A stretch of DNA of 64,000 nt from Hamiltosporidium tvaerminnensis FI-OER-3-3 (GCA_022605425.2 CM061255.1:310001-374000); one strand, 5' to 3'. Shown: positions 1-12,313, counted from the first letter of the stretch. A program made the numbers and translations. The notes: a model not told the origin generated them from the letters alone.

Positions 1-549
1 CAGGTAAGCACTGATCAGTAAGCAATTTACCATTTTTAGGTGCATCTATAACTATTAATGTCATTTTTAATTCTTCACTTTGCTCATTTTTATTTTTATT
101 TCAGCTAGGCTAAGTTTATTTAATCATATCGAAAATCCTGGCAAAATCGAATTGTTTATTGTTATACACAAGAATTATGTTCAGCACTATGAATTCCTGC
201 TGTCTCTGTTCTGTTATGTAAAAAACTATTACATGCTATTCTAGCTGTGGATTCTGTCTAGTCCGTAGCAATTTTAGCCAGTCGAATGTGGCAATAAAGT
301 TATTGCAGAGGCCTGAAATCTTCTGTAATAGATATAAGTAGATATTTCTAATTTCTACATAATTATTTGACCAGGTATATGTTTTGATTCAAACAAACTG
401 ATGTATTTTGGTTTATCTTTTTTTTTCGAGTGATACGATAATAAAATATAGATAAACAAATCTGAATTTCTATTAAAGCCATGTATTATTTTTCTTATTC
501 TAATTGAAAATATATTTTATATTTTCAATTTTTTATAATAAAAGTCGTA

Positions 550-610
550 TATTTCATATTTCATATTTCATATTTCATATTTCATATTTCTTAAATTCTT
601 AAATTCTTAA
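550..610. repeat. Compound microsatellite (ATTTCAT)n followed by (TTCTTAAA)n
   Basis: About 5-6 ATTTCAT units, then about 3 TTCTTAAA units, read directly. Confidence 0.85.
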
Positions 611-809
611 AATATACGCTATAGTCAATCCTTTTATATCTTAGTCTTAAATGAATTTTAAATTTTAATTCCTTCATTCTTCATACTATTTACTCTGCTA
701 GAATCTTATTTTATATCTTATAAATATTTTATGTGTTATTTCCTCCATTTTCTTATTTTAATACAAGTGTTACAAATTTTACTTGTTAAACTCTACAATG
801 CCCTTCTTC

Positions 810-1367
810 ATGTTACTTAAAACATCTTTAGATACTTTAGAAGAAATACCTATTCAGATACAACAAGCACTTACAAAACTTAAAGAAACAGAATCAAAGA
901 TAATGAAATACCAAGAAGAAATAAACAATAAATTATCTAAAATAGAAAATGACACATCTGATACAGATAAAGATTTAAATAAAGTAAACAGTGCATTACT
1001 AAATATTTATAAGCACGAGAAAGATATAGAAGTACATCTCAGTCATCTACATATGGTTTTGGATGAACAAATGTGTAATTTGGAAGAAACATGCGAAAAT
1101 TTTAAAGAAATTGTTTGTAAAACAGCAATACCACTTAAGAATAACAGAATTACTGGTGCTTTTGGAGTTTCACGTACAAATCAATCAGAAAAACAGGATA
1201 TTCCATATTGTTATTGCAGAAAGGGAGCAGAAGGACCAATGGTGGCATGTGACGGGCCAGAGTGTTCTCTTGAATGGTTTCATAATAAATGCGTTGGTCT
1301 TAAAGCACCACCTGTAGGTAAATGGCTGTGTAAAGAGTGTCAAGAAAAAACGGTAAAAGAAAAATAA
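810..1367 (+). CDS. ING-family (Yng/Pho23-like) PHD-finger chromatin protein
   Basis: N-terminal SLDTLEEIP coiled-coil region and C-terminal PHD finger YCYC...MVACDGPECSLEWFHNKCVGLKAPPVGKWLCKEC. ATG at 810 is preferred over the TTG at 783 because it follows CCCTTCTTC. Confidence 0.9.
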   Translation: MLLKTSLDTLEEIPIQIQQALTKLKETESKIMKYQEEINNKLSKIENDTSDTDKDLNKVNSALLNIYKHEKDIEVHLSHLHMVLDEQMCNLEETCENFKEIVCKTAIPLKNNRITGAFGVSRTNQSEKQDIPYCYCRKGAEGPMVACDGPECSLEWFHNKCVGLKAPPVGKWLCKECQEKTVKEK

Positions 1368-2883
1368 TAGTTCTTAATAAAAAAATATTTCTGATCAAAA
1401 ATTGTTTTATTCTTGTATTTAGTACGTCATCTATAAATTTATTTCAGTTCCATTTTTTCGAACTTTTTTTTTACATTTTCTATTTACTTTTTTAATTACT
1501 TTTAACTTTTCTTTTTCTATTTTTTGTAACTTCTATTAAAGCTTTGAGCATAAATTTGTTGGAATGGACAAAAAATGTAAATACTGTTTTAAGAAAATAA
1601 ATAATTCTTTGATACAACAATAAATATAAATGAATATTTGCAATCTTCTAGTATATATCGAGTAATTTCACAAAGATAAACGATAAGAACTCACTTCTAA
1701 ATATTTAATTTTTATAAAAATATAAGAAAACAACCCAGTATTCCGATTAAAACATAAATCTTATTATTTGTTCATAAATATGTCACAACTAACAATAGTT
1801 AGTGAAGTATAATTGGATATAATTTAAAACAATTGATTGGTCAAAAAAAAATATTTGCACTAACAATCTTAAAAAACTGTTCTAAGTTTATTAAATGGCA
1901 AGAATGACTTGAATAAATGATGTTTTTTTAATTCTTTAGGGGTAGGATTATGATTCAATGTAAATGCTTGTTTGGATTTTTTTTCTAAAAATTGATCAAA
2001 CTATAAACTCTAGTAAAGTATAATTAATAATTGAAAACTGTGCCTCTGAATAATTTATTTATATCGCTAAAAATTATTAAAATATTTATGCTTCAAATAA
2101 TATCCTAGAATTTTATATGCGTTTTAAGAAGATATTTGATAAAAAAAACAATAGGAAGTTAGAAAGCTATTCAATTATCAAATAAATTCTGAAAATAATT
2201 TTTTTTCTGACGAAGATACCCTCCATATAAATAAATACCAACGAAAAAAAATAATTTAATAAAAATAGGTGGTTAGCTTAGCAAAACAACATAAAATACT
2301 GAACTAAAGCTAAAATAGTATTAAGCTGTAGATCAGAGTAAGAATTATATGCTATTAAAAAAATCTTGAATTTTTTTGAGAAATAATCAAAGATAGCTAA
2401 AATGCAAATATGAAAGCCAAAAAAATATACGAGCAAACAGAATGGTGAAGTTATAAAAACTATATCGAAATTCGAGAAAAATAGCTCATAAAATGACGAT
2501 TTGAATCAGATGCCTGCAAACCAAAGCCGGCGTAAGCTACTTTAAACAATACTTGCATCTGACCTGTCTCAAGTGTTTTTTTTTAAAAATAACCTAGTAA
2601 AAGATGAATAATACAAAAAAATATAATTATAGATAATTTTCAGCACGAATTTTTAATACAAAGAAAATTTATTTGGTTTTTAACATTTTTTTAAACCATA
2701 AACCCTATTATTTTTCATTTTATACTAAAAAAACAAAATGAAATATTAAAAAACGAATAGCATATTTTATTATTAATGAGATTTATGTAGTTGAATTTAT
2801 GATTTAAATTCACTGGTAGAAATTATCAACAGCAACTCCAATTGCTTATATGTTTATTTGGATTTATAAATATTTTTTTTTGT

Positions 2884-3110
2884 GAGTGGAGGGAAGATAA
2901 CCAGATTAAAACTATCTGCATAGTAATAAATGTGTAGAAACGATATCAAAATCATTGCTTTTATAGTGGTGGAATTTAAACCACACCGAATCTATAAATC
3001 AATCTCCTATAATCCCGAGTTATAACATATTAAAAGAAACATATGGAAAACCTCTATTTGTTCCTCCTCGACACCGTGAAGTAAAAGAGGAATGGAGTAG
3101 AATGTAAGGC
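2884..3110 (+). mobile_element. Short (~227 bp) SINE-like element, family S, diverged copy
   Basis: Colinear with 12314-12541. Flanked by TTTTTTTTGT at 2874-2883 and 3111-3120 (a low-complexity TSD candidate). Confidence 0.7.
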
Positions 3111-3593
3111 TTTTTTTTGTAAATTTCAGTTTAGAGAATGTTTCTTTATACTGATAGGAAGTGCCGAAAGAGGAAATTAAGCCTCGAGAAAATTTATGAA
3201 CGTGATTGAATTAAGTGGCTGAGAGACCCTTATAAAATTTCAGTGATTAAGTTGAATTCTTTGCTTTGAAAATATTGTTAAGATAAAATTTCCCTTTTTT
3301 GAACATCTTATGAAACTTTTAACATTTCATGAGAATATAAATTATAAAAATTTAAGTAATGCTTTTCAGCATTTTAAAACATAAGCTGATGAGTTATTGT
3401 CCCGCGAGACTTTTATAGAAACCAATATGGCTTTTGAGCTAGAAAGTTTGGCAACCATTGCTTTAGATTAATAGCCTACTATATTTTCATTTTTTTTGTT
3501 GAATGTAAAAATTGGTTCGTTCTAAGGGCTTACCAGATGAAGAGAATATTTGGGGTCAAAAAAATATATAAAAATAATTTTTTTTGACTCGAA

Positions 3594-4313
3594 ATCAAGA
3601 AATTCTTGATAATAAGTATGCAGAGATAAGAGTAAACACCGGAATAAAAACTTATGTTAAAATTCGGTGTAATAGACCCGATATATTTATTTTAGATAAA
3701 AAGAAGAATAAGATAACACTCATTGAAGTAGGAATCACTTCCCAAGATTCTCTTCAAATAGTTGAAACTGAAAAACTTAGGAACTACGACTTGTTAGTCA
3801 ATGAGTTGGGTTTTATTTATAAATTTAGTGTTGATATAATCCCTTATGTGATGGATGACCTGGGACAGTATTGTGACAAAATATTATAATTCACACCTTA
3901 AAAGACTAGAAATACCCATGAATGTAGAGGCATGCATTCAGTCTATAGTACCGAAATGAAAGTCGAAACAATTTCTTGCGATCGACGAAGAAGACTTGAG
4001 TTAGAAACAAATGCTGAAGAGAGCTGAGAGAGAGCGTCAATGTGTGTTATTATGAGAGCAGAGATGCATGAGGAACCAACGCATTCTTTAAAGCAAGCAA
4101 GTAGAGAGGAAGATGGTGCAAAAAATTTAAAAGCAAAAAATAGTGCACCCTTTGTTTCAGAAGAAGGAACCACTATAGAGAACCGACGATAAATATAAAT
4201 GAAGGGTCAGATTTGTAATATGAAACAACTGTGGTAAAAGAGGTATAAGAAAATGCAAAAAAAGTGAAAACCTATTTAAACCATTTAAGCCCAGAATTTT
4301 ATTTAATTATATA
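3594..4313 (+). mobile_element. 5'-truncated, decayed non-LTR retrotransposon of restriction-like endonuclease type (R2/R4/NeSL supergroup)
   Basis: ORF 3584-3889 contains NRPDIFILDK...LIEVGI...EKLRNY, the PD-(D/E)xK RLE signature. The downstream reading frame is broken. Flanked by TTGACTCGAA at 3584-3593 and 4314-4323. Confidence 0.75.
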
Positions 4314-4323
4314 TTGACTCGAA

Positions 4324-5061
4324 TGTGGAGGGAGGATAACCACATAAAAAACTTTTTGCTTGGCAATGAGTGTTTGAAACTGGTGTGAGATCATTGTTTG
4401 GATTTTTGTTGGAAAAAAACAAAACTACATCTTCGGTTGTTCCATGGGAGTTGTTATGAGGAAGAGAGGTCTCAGAAATGGGCAAACATTTTCAACAAAT
4501 TTATTTGTAGTTTTTTATGTAACTAGATTGCAGAGCGCAGCTGAACATGTAGGTAATTGCAATGTATAAGCTTGGAAACCTAGCCTTGTTCACTCGGGTT
4601 AGAAGACTTGCACCTGGGAGATATAAAAACAAAAACATTTAAAGCCAGGAAAGCTAAGTAGCAGGTTATACCTATTGGTATGGCATTGCACTGTCTAAGT
4701 GGACTCCATGTAAATCTCTGAAATATATCTTAACTAGAAGTTTATTGAGTTCAAAAAGGGAAGAGTAAGTGGGAAGGCTGCATAGGCTTGGGGAAGCCTA
4801 GGGGGGCTTCGGTCTTCTATTACACTCCATGCAACGGACTTTAAAGAACACCGGGCAACTGACTCGCCTATTAATTGGATTCTACACACCTGGTAAATGA
4901 AAAGCGTTGGGACTTCGGTATCTCAGGGAGTACTGATGGAATGTTGGAGTAGCATTTATTTATGTTAAACCTAGAACTGCGTTAATGTCATGAAAACAAA
5001 TATAACACTTGCCACTGTTTTAAAAAGATGTGATACCTTTAAATAAAGATTTTCCTATTAT
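4324..5061 (+). mobile_element. Long (~735 bp) SINE-like element, family L, copy A
   Basis: Highly similar to 11541-12278 (-) and 20491-21220 (+). 10-bp TSD TTGACTCGAA at 4314-4323 and 5062-5071. No credible ORF. Confidence 0.85.
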
Positions 5062-6094
5062 TTGACTCGAAATTTTAATTAAATAAAACTGAAAATGAAT
5101 TTAAAGAAAGGTAAATAATATTTTTTTATTTAATAATCGTTTTTTACAATATTTAAATTTCTCATAAAATATTGGGTAATAGAAGTAAAATATATATTAT
5201 AATAAAGTACAAACACCATCAAATAAAATTTCGTTCATTTTATACTTCTATTACCAAATATTGATTATCATTTCAAATGGTAAAAAATTGAATTCACTGG
5301 ATAATAGGTCAAAAAAGTTCAACATACTTTCTCTTTCAAATATCACCATTTCTTTTATTATCTTGTACTTCTCGCATATTTTCTATATCTTTTTAAAATA
5401 AATAGTTAGAAAATTAGTCTTTACAAACTTATGTTTTATATTCTAAACTTTCTATTTTAAAATCAATAATGGAATTTTTAAATGGTCTTTTGGATATTTT
5501 TGATATTCTTATATACGAAAACACACTACTTGTTAGTTTAGATAGGAATTACAATGAGTAGATACTATTTTTCTGCATAAATATGTTCCTTTGATATCCG
5601 TTTGATGCTGTATTTCATTATGAATATATTGTATTGTGGTGCAGATATATATGTTAAAATTAAAATCACCATATAGCAATTCTAAGCTCTGAAATAATAA
5701 CTTAATAATCTAGTCTTATACAGATATATTATATAGAATACATATGAATAATATCATTAAAGTGTCACCATTTTTTAGTTTCATTATAGCCTTACCTATT
5801 GAACTAAATTCATATAAGTTGTATTTCTAGGCCTTTTTGTAGATTTGTTTTTATAAAATATCTTTCTTTCGTACTTTGTAATAAGTTTTTTCAAAAGAAT
5901 TGGTTCGTATATTACTTTTTAATTTTTTTTTTTCTAAATAATACATGTTTATTTCATGTATAATATATTTCCAAGTCAGTTTTTTTTAGTTTTGTTATAT
6001 AATCAGTTATTTGATTGTAATTTACCCTTATATAATAAATATGCTTTTTATGGATCTTTCTGTGTTAATAAAAAGTAGAACTTTATACTTTTCA

Positions 6095-6165
6095 TATAGT
6101 TTAGTATAGTTTAGTATGGTTAGTATAGGTTAGTATAGTTTAGTATAATTTCATATAGTTTAGTA
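6095..6165. repeat. Degenerate 10-bp tandem repeat (TAGTTTAGTA)n
   Basis: About 7 imperfect units. Confidence 0.75.
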
Positions 6166-6944
6166 ATTTTAATATCTTTAAAACTTTAATCGGTAGTAAA
6201 GATAGTTAAAATACTACAGTAATGTTTCTATATCTTGAATCCTTATTGTTTTGAAAGAAATACCTTGGTAATATAACAGTCCAATTGATATAAATGTTAT
6301 ATTGTAAGAGAAAAGGAAAAATATGCTTTGATCTTTGTATTTCTCATTATCTTAAGAATTCTTTTTTGATATATCATATAAAATATAAGTCAAAATTTAA
6401 AATTGATTTTTAAAATTCCGTTTTTCTGTTTCTTTAAAAGTACATTTCTTTTTGTAGAGTATTAATAGAATAAAAGTGTCTTTAAGTGTAAATATATCTT
6501 TAAATATGTGTTTTCTTAGAGTTGTTAGATTTAAATAACATATTAATAATAACTATCAGATAAACACAGAAAAATAGACTACCTGATAAAAAAAAATATA
6601 TACGAGTAGATAAATAAGTAGAATATTTTAGATTGTAAAATATATAAATATTCATTTTTTTAAGTGGGTTTATAATATCTTATGTTGAACGTTGTTTCGA
6701 AAAGAGAAAAATATTATTTATCTCTAATATTTTTTTGAAGTCATTTTAATATTTTTCCTTGAACATGTATATCATATGTTCGAGATGATAAAAAACTAAA
6801 TTGTTTTATTTTTTTGCATTTGATTTGTAATATTTTTTCATGTTCTATTAAGAACAGAAAGATATTATTTGTATCTAATATTCTGTTGAGTCGGTTAAAA
6901 TAATTTTTAAAGAATTAAAATTCTAGTATTTTGTATATCTCGGT

Positions 6945-7072
6945 CCGGAACTACTTATTCGTCAGGTTACAAATAACCTGCTTATTTCGTAGTTAATCTT
7001 TTTTCTATGAAAAGATTGTGTCGCTATCCGCCACCTGCGACCCGCCCAGTAGTTGAGACTTACCCTGGGAAA
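6945..7072. ncRNA. Candidate small structured RNA (unidentified)
   Basis: GC-enriched island with four consecutive hairpins: AACTAC..CAGGTT/AACCTG..GTAGTT; AATCTTTT/AAAAGATT; GTCGC/GCGAC; CCCAG/CTGGG. No family recognised. Confidence 0.3.
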
Positions 7073-7804
7073 AACAATAGAACTCATATTTTTATGAATA
7101 GCCTTTTCTAAATTCCAAATCAATAATTTTTATTTATCTAAAAACGACTCTTGTTTATACCTTTAAGAAATACTACTCTTACAAATTTCTAAGTTCCCAA
7201 AATCTATATCTAAAATTTAATATTTCCTTGAGAATTGCTTATTAAAAAACACGTTTAAATAATTTTATAAAATATTATAACAAATAATTTTCCTTTTTCT
7301 TATCTAATTCTTTATATCTATTGGTTACTTAAAGTAATATCTTAAAAGTATTTTAAATATACTCTATTCTATTCGTTTTTTTATACTTTGATGTATCAAT
7401 AAATATTATCATTTAGCATATTAATACTATACAAATTAATCGTTATGAATAACTTTATAAAAGAATATAAGGATAAATAAATAATAAATAATGAATACAA
7501 TAATAATGGAACACAATAATATAGATTAGATTATAAATAATATATTTTTTAAAATTATATCATTATTGGAGAAACCAAAAAAATGATTTTTTAAACTCTT
7601 TCTTCATTATAATTTAAAGACAAATCACATTGTATTGATTAGTTTAGATAAATTGATTTGTATTGTTTAAAATATTGATTATCTTATATCTTATAAGTGG
7701 AATGCGATAACAACAAGTCACTGTTTCGGATGATAAAGAGTGTACCAACCGAAAATCAAAGCTTTGGTTTTTAAAGTATTAACATTTGCTCTTACTAGAT
7801 AATC

Positions 7805-7986
7805 GGTACAAAAAATATATTTTTAAGATAAAACAGATAAAGATCCGTTGTAGGAACATCTGTCTTTTCAATCAAGATTGGTAGAAAAAAAATATATTTT
7901 TAGGATTTAACAAATGAAGATCCATTGTAGGAACATCTGTCTTCTCAATCAAGATTGGTACAAAAAAATATATTTTAAGATAAAAT
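7805..7986. repeat. ~75-bp tandem repeat, ~2.4 copies, directly upstream of the Dre2 gene
   Basis: GGTA(C/G)AAAAAA...ATATATTTT...GATCC(G/A)TTGTAGGAACATCTGTCTT...CAATCAAGATT repeated. Confidence 0.85.
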
Positions 7987-8010
7987 AATTACCGACCCAT
8001 TGTAGTAAAA

Positions 8011-8367
8011 ATGGAAAAAAACGATGATAAAAATAAAGAAAGCAGTGATGAATTGACTGTAGAACAAATGCAAGAAATACTTTCAAAATCCATTAAAAGA
8101 GTTGTGAACAATAAACCAGATGACTTTCTTACAGAAGAAGATAAAACAAACAATAATAAATGTGATATTTCCACAACAAAAAAGAAAAGAACTTGTGCTA
8201 ATTGTACGTGCGGTAGAAAAGATGAAAAAGAATTTAAAAGTAAATGTGGTAGTTGTGGGCTAGGGGATGCATTCAGATGTTCTGATTGTCCTTATAAAGG
8301 ATTTCCACCTTTCAAAGAAGGAGAAGAAGTTTTTTTTAATATGGATGATAATGAAGACAGTAAATAA
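8011..8367 (+). CDS. DRE2: Anamorsin/Dre2 Fe-S assembly protein, reduced to the C-terminal CIAPIN1 domain
   Basis: KCD...[11 protein letters not shown] and [30 protein letters not shown] motifs. CCC lies 15 nt upstream of the ATG. Confidence 0.92.
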   Translation: MEKNDDKNKESSDELTVEQMQEILSKSIKRVVNNKPDDFLTEEDKTNNNKCDISTTKKKRTCANCTCGRKDEKEFKSKCGSCGLGDAFRCSDCPYKGFPPFKEGEEVFFNMDDNEDSK

Positions 8368-8698
8368 ATTATAATTGTTATATTTTATAGTTTCGTGACA
8401 TTATTCTGTTGTCACAAATATTTCTCTTTTTAGATCTGTAGGATTTATGAATTTAAATGTTTTTTTATTTCATTTAAAAATAAAATTTATTTCTATTTCA
8501 ACTATTTTAAATTTCTTAGTATTTTATTTCTTCTTATAAAATATTTCTAAATATTTGAAATACATTTATTTCCTCTTGTAATATTTTATTTCTTATTATA
8601 AAATATTTCTAAATATTTAAAATACAGTTATTTTTTCTTTCTATTTTTTCTAACTTTCTAACTATTTTATTTTCTTCTTTTAAGAAACCCTTATTTAA

Positions 8699-9022
8699 AT
8701 GGCAAGAAAGAAGAAAATAGTAGAAGGAATAGCAACAAAACTACCACTGGCTATTAAGACAGGTAAATACACTTTAGGTTATAAATCTGCATTATTATCT
8801 TTATTAAACCAGACAGCTAAAATATTGGTAATTGCATCTAACTTTCCTTCTACGAAAAGAAGATTACTAGAATATTATGCAATGTTGGCAGATAATACAC
8901 CTATTTGCATATATGATGGAAATAATAATGAACTGGCAAAGACATGTGATAAAGGATTTAGAATTGGAGTGGTTTCTGTTTTAGATGTTGGTGAAGCTGA
9001 TATGTTGTTGGCTATGGATTAA
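8699..9022 (+). CDS. RPL30: 60S ribosomal protein eL30
   Basis: KLPLAIKTGKYTLGYK...LEYYAMLA...YDGNNNELAKTC...VVSVLDVGEAD. CCCTTATTTAA precedes the ATG. Confidence 0.95.
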   Translation: MARKKKIVEGIATKLPLAIKTGKYTLGYKSALLSLLNQTAKILVIASNFPSTKRRLLEYYAMLADNTPICIYDGNNNELAKTCDKGFRIGVVSVLDVGEADMLLAMD

Positions 9023-9121
9023 AGAATATTTAATATTTTATTTCTTTCTCTCTTCATAAGAAATTATATTTCCTTTCTATTTTTAATTTTCTTTCTTTTC
9101 AAATTAATCATCGTTAAAAGA

Positions 9122-9340
9122 AATTATATTTTCTTTAAGATTTATAATTTTAATTCTCGTATTTTCTCTTTCTTTATTTTAAAATGCAAGCATATTTTCT
9201 TTAATATTTATAATTTTAATTCTCGTATTTTCTCTTTCTTATTTTTTAAATGCAATTATATTTTATATAATATTTATAATTTTAATTCTCGTATTTTCTC
9301 TTTCATATATTATTTAATGCAATATATTTTATTTAATATC
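9122..9340. repeat. ~64-bp tandem repeat, ~3.5 copies
   Basis: ATTTATAATTTTAATTCTCGTATTTTCTCTTTC occurs three times at ~64-bp spacing. Confidence 0.8.
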
Positions 9341-10034
9341 TTTTTTTTTATATAATTTTTTTTATTTATAATTGTATTACCTTCTTCTAAGTCGTTTATT
9401 TCTTGCTTATAAATAGTTAGGTATTTCAGTCTTTTTGTAAAATGAAATATTTTATGCATATATCTTTTTTAATTTAGTTAATAATTGCATGTTTAAAACA
9501 TTTTTTGTTTAAATTTATTTATTGGAAATCTAAAATAAAATAATCATTATTTCATAATCATTTGAAAAAATTGGAATTTTAATTCATTTAGTTTAACATC
9601 ATAAATACTTTAGATAAAATAGAAAATTAATTGGAATTTTAATTCATTTATATTTTAGATTATAAATATTTCAAATAAAATACAAAATTAATTGGAATTT
9701 TAATTATAATTTTAACAGTCATAATTTTTTTTAGAACTATAAATCATAAACTACCATATTACCAATAATTTTAACAAAAAATCATCAAATAAATTTTTTT
9801 TTTCGTAAAATCAATTATTATAACAAATATAAAGAGAATAATTTAATCTGGTATTTACTAAAAAATACAAATAAGTAATTAAAAAAAATAATTATTAGAG
9901 GAAATAGAAAGGTAATAATCAATCTTAAATTTGTGACAAATCTGACTTATATTTAAAAACTAAACGAGAATAATATATGAAGGTGGAATATTTTAAATTA
10001 AGGAATGAATATTTAATAAAAACTGTGACAGCTA

Positions 10035-10352
10035 TTACTTATGTTTAGAAACCTCTGCAATTCTATCAGTATGTTCTGTTGAGGGAACAGAGTTATAAGG
10101 AAAATGTGTACGTTGTCCAAAAGAATAATCAAATTCTTTTTCAACTACAAACATTATATCATTGGAAGTGATAACATCTGATTGGCGGTGTTTGGTAACC
10201 AAATACGTTCTGTTTAAAATATCGGAAACAAATTTTTCTGAAAATTGTTGTAGATTGTTTAATACGTCTTGGTCTACTTTATTATTTACTTTTATTAATG
10301 AATTTAATGAAAGTATTTTTTGTTTTGGAAGAAAATGTGAATCATTATCCAT
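10035..10352 (-). CDS. TAF12: TFIID subunit TAF12-like histone-fold protein
   Basis: LPKQKI..L...VDQDV...L...EKFVSDI...VTKHRQSDVI...DIMFVVEKEF and C-terminal PSTEHTDRIA. CCCATAAA precedes the ATG. Confidence 0.8.
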   Translation of the reverse strand: MDNDSHFLPKQKILSLNSLIKVNNKVDQDVLNNLQQFSEKFVSDILNRTYLVTKHRQSDVITSNDIMFVVEKEFDYSFGQRTHFPYNSVPSTEHTDRIAEVSKHK

Positions 10353-10440
10353 TTTATGGGTAATCTAATTTCTTCCTGGTTGAAAAATAAAGAAATTGTA
10401 ATTTAAAATTGAATTTTTTTTAATTTTCTAAAATAAGGGT

Positions 10441-11160
10441 GAAGGAGAAAGTGGATAACTATATTTACAACTATCAGTTTGGCAATAAGTATTTGAAATT
10501 AATCTGTAAAATCACGGGTTAAATTTTATGTGGAAAAAAACCCACACTTCATTTTCGGTCGTTCCATGGAAATTTGTATAAAAAGGAGAAGGTCTACGAA
10601 ATAATAAAATATTTTTAACAGACTTACTTTGTAGTTTTTTTATGTAAACGATTGTAGGCCACGATTAAGAATTTAGGAAATTTCAAATAAAACACTGGAA
10701 CATGAAGTTGCTTTCTCGGTTCAAAGACTTGGCGCGTTAGATATTCGCAAAAAAACACATCTTTGAAAATCCGGAAGGCTAAGTAGCAGGTTATAATCGT
10801 TGTTAGGGCATCTAAATGTCAAGATGGTCTCCATATAAATCTCAGAGATATATATTAGTTGAGGGTCTATTGGATTCTAAAGTTGTGGAATGACTAAAAC
10901 TGCAGCTAGTATAGGAGAGCCCAATGTGAATTTCGAGCTGTTATCAGATCACAGATGATCGAAATTGGCGATTAACGGGCAACCACCTGGTCAGTATATA
11001 GGTTTGTCACGTCTTTTACATAAAAAGTCTTGTAAGAGGTATCTAAGGGAAATCAATAAACAGTTTATAAGCAAGTTATCTATGAAATCCTAGAATTTCA
11101 TTAATGTCATGAAAACAATATAATACATGCCGCTTTCATCCATAGATTGAATATATTTAA
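10441..11160 (+). mobile_element. Family L SINE-like element, old diverged copy B
   Basis: Shared blocks TTCCATGG, GCTAAGTAGCAGGTTATA, AAATCTC.GA.ATATAT and TTAATGTCATGAAAACAA in the same order as copy A. Boundaries approximate. Confidence 0.75.
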
Positions 11161-11540
11161 AATGAATAATTTTTGTGTAAGGTTATATATTAGTTGATAT
11201 AAATTCACTTTTTATATAAAAATATAAAAAGATACGAGATATATTAAAATTATAATTTTGATAACGTAGAAGATAAATATTTCAATAATTTTAATTAGAG
11301 ATTACAAATATATTTTTATAAATTTATACTTTTTTAGAGAAGAATTTAGAATATTTTAAATTCAAATTCATATCCTTAAAAGATATACAAATTCTTTTTA
11401 ATTTTAATGGTTTTTAAATTAAACTTAAATCCAAACATTTTCTATGGTTGACTCTATTGTATCTTTTTAAGCCGTTTTGTGTTTTTATGATTATTTTCCA
11501 TTAGATATTTTAAAAATAATATTTGAAAGATATTCAAAGA

Positions 11541-12278
11541 AACTATAAAAAGCTTTATTTAATAGTATCACATCTTTATAAAACCGTGGCAAATGTTATA
11601 TTTTTTCACGACATTAACGCAGTTTTGGGTTTAACATAAATAAATGCTACTCCAACATTCCATCAGTACCCCTGAGATACCTAGGTCCCAAAGCTTTTCA
11701 TTTACCAGGTGTGTAGAATCTAATTAATAGGCGAGTCGGTTGCCTGGTGTTCTTTAAAGTCCGTTGCATGGAGTGTAATAGAAGACCGAAGCCCCCCTAG
11801 GCTTCCCCAAGCCTATGCAGCCTTCCCACTTACTCTTCCCTTTTTGAACTCAATAAACTTCTAGTTAAGATATATTTCAGAGATTTACATGGAGTCTACT
11901 TAGACAGTGCAATGCCATACAAACAGGTGTAACCATATATTTAGCTTTCGCAGCTTTAAATAATTTTCTCTTTATATCTCCCAGGCGCTAAGTCTTCCAA
12001 CCCGCGTGAGCAAAGCTAGGTTTCCATGCTTTTATATGGCAATTACCTACTAGTTCAGCTGCGGTCCGCAATCTGGTTGGATAAAAAACTGCAAATAAAT
12101 TCGTAGAAAAAGTTTCGCCATTTCGTGGGCCTTTCCTCTTCATAACAACTCCATAGAACAACTGAAAATGTAGTGTCGTTTTATCTCCAACAAAAATACA
12201 AACAATGATCTACACACCAGTTTCACACACTCATTGCCAAGCAGAAAGTTTTTTAAGTGGTTATTCTTCCACCACCTC
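11541..12278 (-). mobile_element. Family L SINE-like element, copy C
   Basis: Reverse complement of copies A/D. 9-bp TSD ATTCAAAGA at 11532-11540 and 12279-12287. Confidence 0.85.
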
Positions 12279-12313
12279 ATTCAAAGAGATAATATAATTG
12301 TAATATATTTCTT

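Noticed and set aside
1-420. piggyBac-like transposase remnant on the minus strand
   Set aside because: Only vague, frameshifted motif resemblance; cannot be supported without a search.
4324-4440. Hammerhead, pistol, HDV or RNase P assignment for the family L/S head
   Set aside because: No CUGAUGA core, no HDV L3/P1.1, and pistol and RNase P P4 motifs are only superficially similar.
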